Source of the DNA: an uncultured virus (IMG/VR IMGVR_UViG_3300008107_000123)
Taxonomy: Duplodnaviria > Heunggongvirae > Uroviricota > Caudoviricetes
DNA: 64,000 nt
IMG/VR virus record: IMGVR_UViG_3300008107_000123
Location: 1 to 64,000 of that record
Strand: one strand, 5' to 3'
A program made the position numbers and the translations under genes. Numbering within the stretch: the first letter of the stretch is position 1; the number at the start of each line of letters is the position of its first letter. The notes below the pieces were generated by a model. That model was not told where the DNA came from, did no database searches, and saw only the letters and a list, made by a program, of their open reading frames with translations. Positions 28,456 through 36,486 of the stretch are shown here, piece after piece.

Positions 28456-29307
28456 CTAGGCGTTGTCGTCGTCGTTAGACGGCTTGGTGTAGAGGAACTC
28501 CGTGAAGTCCGAAAGCCTGTAGCGCGTGCTCTTCCCGCACTTGCCGTTCTCGTGCAGGAAACCGGACTCATGGAGGCGTGCAACTGACGCACGAACCTGT
28601 GCCCGGGTGAGCGTCACGCCGAACTCCGACTGGATGAGTTCGACGATCCCCCACCCGGTCGTCCCGTAGTTACCGGCGTCGTGCATGGGGGTGTACTTAC
28701 GGACGTTCTCGATGGTGAACCCGATGTACATCTGCTCGCTGTCCGCGAGGTTGCGTGCCTCGGCGTCGGCGTGACCGGCCTCCGTCCTCGTCTTGTATAC
28801 GAAGTCGCGGGTAGCGGAGTGCTTCTTACGCACGGCTATCTGCACGGCGAGGTCAACGAGCCCGGGGTCGATACGAGGCGGGCGCTTGCGGTCGGGGTCT
28901 TGCGCCGCAGCGTCGGCTGCGACACGGTACTCATCGAGGTGCGACTGCAACTCGTTCGCCTGCTCATTCATGCGCAGTGCTGACACGTCACCGTAGATGC
29001 CGCCCTCCTGCGCCACGACCACCATGCTCACGGTCGGGATGTCCGTGCCCGTGTTGGGAACAGACGAGAACGAGCGGTCGGGGTCATGCTCACCGTCGCT
29101 AGGCGCAGGGTCGGGAGCATCGTCCTCCTGTGGCGCCGTGTACGGGGCCACGTACTCCTGCTCTGCCTCCTGCTCGGGCGCCTCCGCTACCTGCTGCGGC
29201 TGCTCCGCTGCTGCCTCTGCCGCCTTACGTGCGGCCTCGAACGCACCGATGATGGCCTGCGCGTCGGCGACGCTGACGCCATCGGGAATCTCGAACGTAA
29301 CTTCCAT
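28456..29307 (-). CDS. Hypothetical protein with acidic N-terminus and possible C-terminal winged helix
   Basis: LTRAQVRASVARLHESGFL...RYRL; lies between the MoxR and vWA genes. Confidence 0.6.
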   Translation of the reverse strand: MEVTFEIPDGVSVADAQAIIGAFEAARKAAEAAAEQPQQVAEAPEQEAEQEYVAPYTAPQEDDAPDPAPSDGEHDPDRSFSSVPNTGTDIPTVSMVVVAQEGGIYGDVSALRMNEQANELQSHLDEYRVAADAAAQDPDRKRPPRIDPGLVDLAVQIAVRKKHSATRDFVYKTRTEAGHADAEARNLADSEQMYIGFTIENVRKYTPMHDAGNYGTTGWGIVELIQSEFGVTLTRAQVRASVARLHESGFLHENGKCGKSTRYRLSDFTEFLYTKPSNDDDNA

Positions 29308-29333
29308 GTCCGTACCTCGCTTTCTGTCGTTAT

Positions 29334-30455
29334 CTACGAGAGGGGCAGGCCGTCATCGCCGACGGCGAACATCGCCATCACGTTGCGGACGGGCTGCCGC
29401 TCGTCGGGAGGGAACTTGGCGATGAGCGCACGCTCGGCTGCCTCGCTCCACGTGTAGCAACCGGAGTCCATCGCCTCTGCCCACGTTGCGAGTGAGCGGA
29501 AGCCGATCGGGTGCATGATGTCCTGCGCATCGCGGATGCGCTTGGCGACCTCGCACATTGTCTTAGCAACGGACGGGTCGAGCGTGGGGATGAGCGACTG
29601 CAACGCAAGCGCCTCGTCGATCGGGTCCGGGTAGTCGATCGTCGGCGTCCACTGAAGCCGGTTCTCGAACGCCGGGTCCAACTCGTTCGTACCTACGTAC
29701 TCGTGCGGCGGGTTCGCCGTCGCCACCAGCACAAGGTCGCCACGGTCGATCGTCTCGCCCGTGGGCAGGGTGAGCCGTGCCGTGCCGTCAAGCAGCGGCA
29801 TGAGCGCGGCGTACTCGTTGACGTCACGGATACGGTTGATCTCGTCGATGAGCAGGACAGTCGGACGGTCGTGCGAGATACGCGCAGCCGTTGCGATCTG
29901 CCTGTCATGCCACTTGATCGTGGGCGCACCCGTCTGGTCGTGAGCAGCGGGCAACTGCGTGCCAACCATCGTGTCCTCGTTAGCGCCCGGGGTAACGGAC
30001 ACGATCACGAGGTTCCACCCGAGCATGGACGTAAGCCATTCGATGCTGGCCGTCTTGCCGCACCCCGTGGGGCCGAACACGATCGTGTTCGTGCGGCTAC
30101 GGAGGGCGTACATGATGTCGTAGAGGTACGAATCCTGCCCCACGAGGGGGCGTGCGCCCGGTGACGGGGACGCAGGCGTTCCCGGCTCCTTCGCAATGGT
30201 GATGCGGGGCTTGTTCGGGAGGTCGGAGTGGACGCTGGCGGCGTCGTCGCTGATACCCGAGCCCGTGCCCTGCTGCGGGGTTGCGCTGTCACGGGTGAAG
30301 TAGACGGGGGTGGTCGTGTTGCTCAACGTGCTGGGCAGGTCGATCAACACGTTGCCATTCACGCCGACCGTCACTGCGAGAACGTCACCCCCGTCCACGG
30401 ACAGCACCCCACGGTCGGGGTTGCTCGTGTCGGGCATGAGAGTGATGCTAGGCAT
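29334..30455 (-). CDS. MoxR/CbbQ/CobS-type AAA+ ATPase
   Basis: GPTGCGKT, LLIDEINR, VATANP and LDPAFENR; start MPSITL after AAGGAG. Confidence 0.88.
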   Translation of the reverse strand: MPSITLMPDTSNPDRGVLSVDGGDVLAVTVGVNGNVLIDLPSTLSNTTTPVYFTRDSATPQQGTGSGISDDAASVHSDLPNKPRITIAKEPGTPASPSPGARPLVGQDSYLYDIMYALRSRTNTIVFGPTGCGKTASIEWLTSMLGWNLVIVSVTPGANEDTMVGTQLPAAHDQTGAPTIKWHDRQIATAARISHDRPTVLLIDEINRIRDVNEYAALMPLLDGTARLTLPTGETIDRGDLVLVATANPPHEYVGTNELDPAFENRLQWTPTIDYPDPIDEALALQSLIPTLDPSVAKTMCEVAKRIRDAQDIMHPIGFRSLATWAEAMDSGCYTWSEAAERALIAKFPPDERQPVRNVMAMFAVGDDGLPLS

Positions 30456-30507
30456 AGTGGTGGTACTCCTTGCTCGTGGTTTCCCGGCTGGTTGCCGGAC
30501 TGAAAAC

Positions 30508-30547
30508 ACCGTAGCAGTCCAAGAATCCCCTGCTAATCGGCACTTTT
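30508..30547 (-). promoter_or_regulatory. Early promoter P1
   Basis: AAAAGTGCCGA-TTAGCA-17 nt-TACGGT. Confidence 0.75.
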
Positions 30548-30560
30548 CCTGCCGCTCCCA

Positions 30561-30746
30561 CTAACGTGAGATACAGGCAGGCGATACCGCACGTGCGCCT
30601 TCCGTGCGGCACGGGTCAGTCATGTGGTCGAACGCACGCCCGATGATCCAGAGCGACACGGTGACGCACGCAACTGCGAACAGGATGGCGACCGCGTATG
30701 CGATGCGGTCGTTGCGACGCTGCTCCTCACGTGTGTAGGTACGCAT
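30561..30746 (-). CDS. Small single-TM protein
   Basis: Start MRTYT after GGAGG; hydrophobic IAYAVAILFAVACVTVSLWII. Confidence 0.6.
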   Translation of the reverse strand: MRTYTREEQRRNDRIAYAVAILFAVACVTVSLWIIGRAFDHMTDPCRTEGARAVSPACISR

Positions 30747-30748
30747 GG

Positions 30749-31099
30749 TTAGACCTCCTCCGGGGTGTCGATCTTGCGCGATTCGACCACGTGCACGTCG
30801 TCCGTGCAGTCGATCATGTTCACCCACGACCACGTTTCGGGGGCGTCCTCGCCCGGGTAGACCGGGACATCCAGCACCACCCGGTAGTACGTAGGTGCGG
30901 TCACCGTAAAGAGCGCCTCCGCAATCTCGTCCTCGTACATGTAGACGGTACGCAGCACGCCGTCAGCGTCGTCCAGTATGCGCAGACGGTGGGCCTGCTC
31001 GGCGTCGCCGTCTGCAGCCGCCTCCTCACGTGCGGCGTAGTCGGTACGGATGGCATCACGCAGGGCGCGTGCCTCGCTGTCGGTGAGGGAGATTCCCAT
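30749..31099 (-). CDS. Acidic hypothetical early protein
   Basis: AAGGAGG RBS, tight operon packing. Confidence 0.65.
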   Translation of the reverse strand: MGISLTDSEARALRDAIRTDYAAREEAAADGDAEQAHRLRILDDADGVLRTVYMYEDEIAEALFTVTAPTYYRVVLDVPVYPGEDAPETWSWVNMIDCTDDVHVVESRKIDTPEEV

Positions 31100-31101
31100 G
31101 C

Positions 31102-31335
31102 CTAAGCCTCCTTGCTCGTAATGGTGTCGATCAGTCCTGCGAGGGCGTGGAAGTCGCTAACGCCCCAGATGTCACCGCTCCACGTGTGCCCGGTGTCGTT
31201 GCCGTCCTCGTCGAGCACCGCGTAGCGGGTTTCGTCCTCGAACCTCACGAGGTAGATGCAATCGCTACCTCGTGTTACGCACACCTCCTCGCGGTGGATG
31301 GGATCGCTTACGTGGATTCCGGTGTCGCTACTCAT
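31102..31335 (-). CDS. Acidic hypothetical early protein
   Basis: AAGGAGG RBS, ATGA overlap. Confidence 0.65.
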   Translation of the reverse strand: MSSDTGIHVSDPIHREEVCVTRGSDCIYLVRFEDETRYAVLDEDGNDTGHTWSGDIWGVSDFHALAGLIDTITSKEA

Positions 31336-31754
31336 GCGTGTGCCTCCTTCCTGCCCACGTGGATGCGGGCAAACTCGGACAACAGGTGGATGACTGCCTC
31401 CTCTGCGGGCAGCACGTCAGACGGGGGCCAGCACGGGGGCCGGTCGTCCATCCAACACGTGCGCAGGGCTCCGTACAGGTGAGCGGGGCCAGCCCACGCA
31501 TGTGCGGAGACGCACGAGCGGGCCTGATCGACGGTCCACTGGTACGGGCCAGCGGGGTAGTCCTGCTTGCGCTCGCGCGGTGCCTTGATCGGCCTCACGT
31601 CAAGCGGGAGAACCAACTGCCCGTTGGCGAGGGCGGGTATCGCCCTCACGGGTGCGGAGATGATGCGACCGAGGCGGATGTTCGTCATCCGGTCCAGCCC
31701 CCCCGGGCGGACGTTGGTGAAGCGGTCGCCTGCGTAGCCGAGGAACCGTGTCAC
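31332..31754 (-). CDS. Hypothetical early protein
   Basis: GTG start overlapping the upstream stop, after GGAGG. Confidence 0.55.
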   Translation of the reverse strand: MTRFLGYAGDRFTNVRPGGLDRMTNIRLGRIISAPVRAIPALANGQLVLPLDVRPIKAPRERKQDYPAGPYQWTVDQARSCVSAHAWAGPAHLYGALRTCWMDDRPPCWPPSDVLPAEEAVIHLLSEFARIHVGRKEAHA

Positions 31755-32179
31755 GCGGCCACCTCCGTGCCGTAGTCGGCGTCGTAACGGTCGTACACGT
31801 ACAGGTCGTCCGTGATGCAGTGGCAACGGAACGCATCGGGCGGTGCGGGCCACTGGTCGGCGGTGCCACGCGCCCAGTCGTAGTCGCGCAGCACCTTCAT
31901 CATCGCCGAGCCGAACATCTGCTCGTGCGTCCGGTAGGGGTCGTACACGACGACCTCGTGATCGCCGTCGTCGTCAACGTGCATGAACACGTCGTCGAAC
32001 CGGGAGATCAGTTCCGCGTACTGGCCCTCGTTGGCCTCGTCCTGACAGTCGGGGCAGAAGGCAACGTGGTCGCGGACACGTGCCAACTCCTGCGTGATGC
32101 GCCTTGCCATGTGCACGTTGCAGGCGACGGTGAGGAAGTCGCCCTCGCGCACTACGTACACGGGTGTAAGAGTGTCCAT
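31751..32179 (-). CDS. Acidic hypothetical early protein with Cys pairs
   Basis: CPDC and CHC; AAGGAGG RBS. Confidence 0.65.
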   Translation of the reverse strand: MDTLTPVYVVREGDFLTVACNVHMARRITQELARVRDHVAFCPDCQDEANEGQYAELISRFDDVFMHVDDDGDHEVVVYDPYRTHEQMFGSAMMKVLRDYDWARGTADQWPAPPDAFRCHCITDDLYVYDRYDADYGTEVAA

Positions 32180-32388
32180 CAGTCCTCCTTCTCATCGAAC
32201 GAACGCATGAGCAGCGCGTCCTGCAACTCGTCGTACGACTCGATCGCCTCCAACTCGGCGACGCTCATGCGCTTGTACCGCTGCACGTCTGCGAGGAACG
32301 AGGCGAACCTCTCCTTACGTGCGAGCGCCTTCTTGGTGCGGTTCCGCCGCTCTGCGCGGGCGGGTACTTCCGGGTAATCGTGGGACAT
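32179..32388 (-). CDS. Hypothetical early protein
   Basis: Start MSHDYP, first ORF after promoter P2. Confidence 0.6.
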   Translation of the reverse strand: MSHDYPEVPARAERRNRTKKALARKERFASFLADVQRYKRMSVAELEAIESYDELQDALLMRSFDEKED

Positions 32389-32444
32389 TGCCTTCCTCTC
32401 TCGTGATCGCACGCCGGGCCAGTCCCGGCCTGCTGTCTACAAAC

Positions 32445-32485
32445 AGCATAAACATCGACGTTTTCCCTGCTAATCAGCACCTTTC
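32445..32485 (-). promoter_or_regulatory. Early promoter P2
   Basis: AAAGGTGCTGA-TTAGCA-17 nt-TATGCT. Confidence 0.75.
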
Positions 32486-32499
32486 TGGCCCCTCCCGTG

Positions 32500-32680
32500 T
32501 TCTCGTACCGGGTAGCGTGTTCGTGTACCGGGTAGCGCGTAGTGCGTAGCGTGTAGCGCGTTGCGTGTAGCGCGTATCGGGTAGCGCGTTACGCGACCAT
32601 TACGCTGCGCGTTACGGGTGGGAGACGTTACGCATACGCGTTACCCCCTATAGGGGAATAACGTGTAACGCACCCGTGCG
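32500..32680. repeat. Non-coding short-repeat array around palindrome CCCCTATAGGGG (candidate replication origin)
   Basis: Repeated GTAGCG(C/T)GT, then four CGTTAC, palindrome at 32645-32656, then inverted TAACG/GTAACG. Confidence 0.6.
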
Positions 32681-32852
32681 TATGACCAATCCATTACCAA
32701 CACGTGACGCGCAAGGGCGTGAAGCGCCTGAGGTGGCGCTTACACGCCCTCGCGTTAGCCGTCACGCGCACCCTCGCGTAAGGATTCCTTACTCGGGCAC
32801 AAAAAAAGCCCCGACACGGGGGTGCGCGTTACGCGCGCCCGCGTATCGGGGC

Positions 32853-32894
32853 AAAAAAAAAGGGGGGACAGGCGCGTTATGCGCCTGCCCCCCC
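32853..32894 (-). terminator. Intrinsic terminator after the first early gene
   Basis: gggggg(a)caggcgc/gcgcctgcccccc stem plus T9 on the minus strand. Confidence 0.85.
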
Positions 32895-32914
32895 GTGTTA
32901 CGTGCGCCTGCGTG

Positions 32915-33292
32915 TTAGCCGATCGTGATGGTCATCTCCTTCTTCGCGCCGCCGCGCTTACGCGAGGTGCGCTTCGGGGCCTCCTCGCCCGCCTCACGCG
33001 CCTCGCGCAGGGCCAGCGCCTTCGCCGACTGCTCGTCACCCGCCGCCGCAAGGAGCGCGAGGCGCTTGACGCGCCCGCCCTCGCCTGCGTACTCCTCGCG
33101 GGGCACGTTCGGGCACGTGGTGCCGATCCAGAACGTCCAGTTGCCCTTGCCCGCCTCACGCGCCTTCGCCTTACGCATGCCGCGTGAGAGCACGCCCGCG
33201 TCGCGGACGGCCTTCACCAGCGCCTTCATGTGCTTACGCCCGCCCGCGCTGTCGAGCGTGTCCCCCGTGAAAATGTCAATCTCCGTAGCCAT
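32915..33292 (-). CDS. Basic hypothetical protein, monocistronic early gene
   Basis: Start MATEID after GGGAG; has its own promoter and terminator; K/R-rich tail. Confidence 0.7.
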   Translation of the reverse strand: MATEIDIFTGDTLDSAGGRKHMKALVKAVRDAGVLSRGMRKAKAREAGKGNWTFWIGTTCPNVPREEYAGEGGRVKRLALLAAAGDEQSAKALALREAREAGEEAPKRTSRKRGGAKKEMTITIG

Positions 33293-33346
33293 CGTGCGTA
33301 CTCCCGTGTGTGGGCCGCGGGCCGTGTGCCCTGCGGCATTGGAAAT

Positions 33347-33387
33347 ACAATAACAAGCCACGTTTTGCCTGCTAATCGCCACCTTTT
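33347..33387 (-). promoter_or_regulatory. Early promoter P3
   Basis: AAAAGGTGGCGA-TTAGCA-17 nt-TATTGT. Confidence 0.75.
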
Positions 33388-33411
33388 CGATTCGTGGTGC
33401 TGGGCCTCGCA

Positions 33412-33544
33412 GGGGCATGGGTAGGGGGGCAGGGGGGGGTGCGTACCCGCGTTTTCACGGGCACGCGCGTGTATGGATTCCCTTAGGCACATAAACCCGG
33501 GCCGATTTTTGCGGTTATGCAAATAAAAAACCCGGGTTTTGCAG
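33412..33544. other. G-tract cluster and AAAACCCGGGTTTT palindrome (candidate packaging/terminus region)
   Basis: G4-cat-G3-ta-G6-ca-G8 at 33412-33439; aaacccggg twice; 14-bp palindrome at 33527-33540. Confidence 0.4.
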
Positions 33545-33580
33545 GGGAAACGCCTTCCAGACGCAAGACTTATTGCGTCG

Positions 33581-35038
33581 TTACGCCCTCATGCGCTGCA
33601 AATCCGCAGTTCCCGGTGCAACGAGCCCAGAATCCATGTATTCCCGCCACTTCCCGGTGTCCGCGTACTCCCGTGGCGGCGGAGAAACCATCAGCGCGTA
33701 CTCCAAAGCGTCGAGTCGGTGGTCGTCCTTCTTGATTCGCTCGTCCGGACGGTCACGATCGACCCTCGAAGCCGGTCGGTAACGCGCTGAAGTGATCGAG
33801 TCGATGAGTCCAGCGCACCTACGGCAGATAACGAGGGCAGGGTGCGCCCCGTCCCGCCTGATGAGACGCGAAGCGAGCAACTGCGCAAGCCGCTGGTCGC
33901 GGATTCCCTGCCTCTTGCCCTTATCGCACGGAGAGATGAAGATTCCCTGCCGCGCGTACTCCTCCATGTATGACCCTGACGCCCCTCGTGCGCGTCCCGC
34001 GGGGTCGCCGACCGCCATAATCTCCTTCAGGCCGTACCGAGCGCGTATCTGGCGGACATTCTTTGCGTGTTCCGATGGTTCCAACTCCGCGACGCCGTAA
34101 TCGGCGAACACAACGATGGGATCTTCGCCTTCTTCGTCCACCGCCATCCAGATGACCGCAGTTTCGACCGCGCGTCCGAAGTCCCACCCCTCGATAATCA
34201 ACTTCCCCTTCAGCGATTCGGGCGGAACATCGTCGATGATGTGGATGTTCTCGTCGAACTCGGTGAAAACCTGCCCCTCGAAGGCTCCCCAGTCGCCACG
34301 TACGTAGGCAGCGTGCCTTGCCCCCGTAAATCGCTTCTTGATTTCTTCCACATACTCCGGTGGAAGGTATGGATTTTCGTCGGTCCTCGCCGCGAACACC
34401 TCGAACCCCTCAGAGCGCTTACCACGAACACCCGGAGGAACGAAGTTCTTGCGGATGAAGTTGGAAGGGCCGGGGTTACACGTAACCCAGATGCGGAGGG
34501 GGCCGGAAACGCGGACTTCGACGGGCTTGCCGCCGATGATCTGCGTAGAGACGGTCTTGCCATTGGGATTCGGCGTGCCACGCAGACGGCCAGCGCCGAG
34601 CATCTCATAGACTTCATCAGAGATTTCGGAGCCCTCGTCTAGGTAAACCCAGTCAGGCTCGACACCGAGGAAGTTCTGCTCGCTTTTAGCGTTTCGGAAC
34701 ATAATCTCGGAACCGTTCCAAAACTTGACATGAGGCGGAGCAGATGCGGCCTTACCGCCCGTAACTTTCACGAGCCCAGCCTCGACGAGCCCGGTCATGT
34801 CCAACTCGCGGAGAAAAGTCCTCCACGTTGAGTCCATCAGCGGGCGGTATTCCTTACGCCCGATGATCCCCAGCGAGTTCGGGTACTCGATTGCGGTGCG
34901 GATGGCCTCACGCGAACCCGCCTTCGTCTTACCTGCGCCCACCGCGCCCGCGTACAGACGCCACTTACTCGTTGACTTGTGAAAAGCCTCCTGCGCTGGC
35001 AGCGGGTTATACCCGGACCAGATGTCTACTTCTGACAA
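33581..35038 (-). CDS. terL: Terminase large subunit
   Basis: YAGAVGAGKT Walker A, VYLDEG Walker B, VTCNP, ENPYLP, GWDFG, VGDPAG and DDHRLDALEYA nuclease motifs. Confidence 0.93.
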   Translation of the reverse strand: MSEVDIWSGYNPLPAQEAFHKSTSKWRLYAGAVGAGKTKAGSREAIRTAIEYPNSLGIIGRKEYRPLMDSTWRTFLRELDMTGLVEAGLVKVTGGKAASAPPHVKFWNGSEIMFRNAKSEQNFLGVEPDWVYLDEGSEISDEVYEMLGAGRLRGTPNPNGKTVSTQIIGGKPVEVRVSGPLRIWVTCNPGPSNFIRKNFVPPGVRGKRSEGFEVFAARTDENPYLPPEYVEEIKKRFTGARHAAYVRGDWGAFEGQVFTEFDENIHIIDDVPPESLKGKLIIEGWDFGRAVETAVIWMAVDEEGEDPIVVFADYGVAELEPSEHAKNVRQIRARYGLKEIMAVGDPAGRARGASGSYMEEYARQGIFISPCDKGKRQGIRDQRLAQLLASRLIRRDGAHPALVICRRCAGLIDSITSARYRPASRVDRDRPDERIKKDDHRLDALEYALMVSPPPREYADTGKWREYMDSGLVAPGTADLQRMRA

Positions 35039-35045
35039 AGCGCCC

Positions 35046-35088
35046 CCTCCGGTTCTTGATGTACTCTACTTGCATCAACGACCGGAGG
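35046..35088. promoter_or_regulatory. Symmetric divergent promoter/RBS element between terL and the late plus-strand operon
   Basis: cctccggt..ttgatgta / tgcatcaa..accggagg inverted repeat; TACTCTA gives a -10-like hexamer on each strand. Confidence 0.6.
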
Positions 35089-35096
35089 TAACTCCC

Positions 35097-35528
35097 TTGT
35101 CTGACCGCTGGGTTCATTCACCAACTCACATTCCTCGTAAGTGCCACCGAACTGGCAACTCTTCGGAGGAGGCTGGACCCTATTTCGAGAGTAACTGGTC
35201 GTACTACGACGCTGACCCGAACGCTGCTGCAACCGGGGAACTCCGTAGCAACGTCCTGTACGTCAGCCGCGAGTGGATGAAGCACATTCTTTCTCAGCCG
35301 GGATCGCCGTTCGCAGCGGTCACAGCCGACGAGTGGATGGATAACATCATGGAGCGACGTGAACTGGCGCAGAAGGTGGAGGAACTGGAGGAGAAGGTTG
35401 AATCCCTTCAGGCGGACCTACTCATCGCTCTGGAGCAGGAGCAGTTTGTACTCCGCAACGAGGACATCGAGCGTCTTGCAGATGCGCTGAAGCCGACTCC
35501 TAAGCCGAGGGCGAAGAAGGCCGCGTAG
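35097..35528 (+). CDS. Hypothetical coiled-coil protein
   Basis: TTG start 8 nt after GGAGG is preferred over 35022, which would overlap terL head-to-head. Confidence 0.6.
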   Translation: MSDRWVHSPTHIPRKCHRTGNSSEEAGPYFESNWSYYDADPNAAATGELRSNVLYVSREWMKHILSQPGSPFAAVTADEWMDNIMERRELAQKVEELEEKVESLQADLLIALEQEQFVLRNEDIERLADALKPTPKPRAKKAA

Positions 35529-35923
35529 TGGCGTACACCAACCCCGGGCTTCGTAAGAGGCTCCTCGCCCGCATTAGGGCCGGGTCAAAGGGCGGTCGCC
35601 CCGGACAGTGGAGCGCACGCAAGGCCCAACTCCTGTCTCAGGCGTACGAGAAGGCAGGCGGCGGGTACTCGGGGGCAAAGACTAAGAGTCAGCAGTCACT
35701 CTCCAAGTGGACGAAAGAAGAGTGGGGAACAAAGTCCGGCAAGCCTTCGACTCAGGGGAAGAGCGCAACTGGTGAGCGTTACCTCCCGAAGAAGGCGATC
35801 CAGAATATGAGCGCCTCTGAGTACGCCGCGTCTACCGCAGCAAAGCGTAAGGGCACAAAGCAGGGCAAGCAGTTTGTACCTCAGCCTCCCAGCGCACGAA
35901 AGATTGCGTCGAGGTATAGGTAA
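35528..35923 (+). CDS. Basic protein, DUF5872-like
   Basis: GGRPGQWSARKAQLL..YEKAGGGY, LSKWTKEEW and GERYLPKKA. Confidence 0.7.
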   Translation: MAYTNPGLRKRLLARIRAGSKGGRPGQWSARKAQLLSQAYEKAGGGYSGAKTKSQQSLSKWTKEEWGTKSGKPSTQGKSATGERYLPKKAIQNMSASEYAASTAAKRKGTKQGKQFVPQPPSARKIASRYR

Positions 35924-35943
35924 GGTCTGTTAGACTTTCCGCC

Positions 35944-36156
35944 ATGCCTATTCTTATGCCTGACAAGTACAAGAACGGTCCTAAGAGTAAGTTCTCTAAG
36001 GACACTTACGCCGGGGGAAGCAAGAAGGAAGGCTCCCGCCGCATGCCCGACGATTCCAAAGAGGGTAATAAGGGCAAGAAGAAGGTAAAGGGCAAGAAGA
36101 TGTCACGCGCCGAGTTTCTCAAGATGGTGCGGGAGAAGAAGTACAAGAAGAAGTAG
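35944..36156 (+). CDS. Lys-rich small protein
   Basis: 70 aa, very basic; TGtTAGACT 7 nt before ATG suggests a leaderless transcript. Confidence 0.6.
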   Translation: MPILMPDKYKNGPKSKFSKDTYAGGSKKEGSRRMPDDSKEGNKGKKKVKGKKMSRAEFLKMVREKKYKKK

Positions 36157-36486
36157 ATGCCGATCCGTGACCCGAAGGGCGGTCTGACCGCCGCAGGACG
36201 TGCGCACTTCCAGCGGAAAGAGGGCGCAAACCTGAAGCCCGGAGTGAAGAGTTATTCATCTTCTTCACCGGCAGACAAGAAGCGTTGGATTAGTTGGGCG
36301 TCTCGCTTCTACGGTCAGAAGAACCTCCCCCCGATGAAGAAGCCGAACGGCCAGCCGACCCGTGCTGCTCTGACCGCTGCTGCGTGGGGCGAGCCTGTCC
36401 CGGCTAACGAAGCCGCTGCCCGTCGTATCTACGCAAAGGCGAAGGCTCGTCGGCGCCAGATGGAGGGTCAGGGCCACTATGGCTGA
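36157..36486 (+). CDS. Basic protein, DUF6321-like
   Basis: DPKGGLTAAGR..F..KEGANLKPGV and GQPTRxAL..xAWG. Confidence 0.65.
   Translation: MPIRDPKGGLTAAGRAHFQRKEGANLKPGVKSYSSSSPADKKRWISWASRFYGQKNLPPMKKPNGQPTRAALTAAAWGEPVPANEAAARRIYAKAKARRRQMEGQGHYG

Noticed and set aside
32500..32680. CRISPR array
   Set aside because: Repeats are 6-12 bp, degenerate and lack unique spacers; the PD-(D/E)XK gene sits in a recombination context with no cas operon
35022..35096. Head-to-head overlap of terL with an ORF starting at 35022
   Set aside because: A better start (TTG at 35097 with GGAGG) removes the overlap
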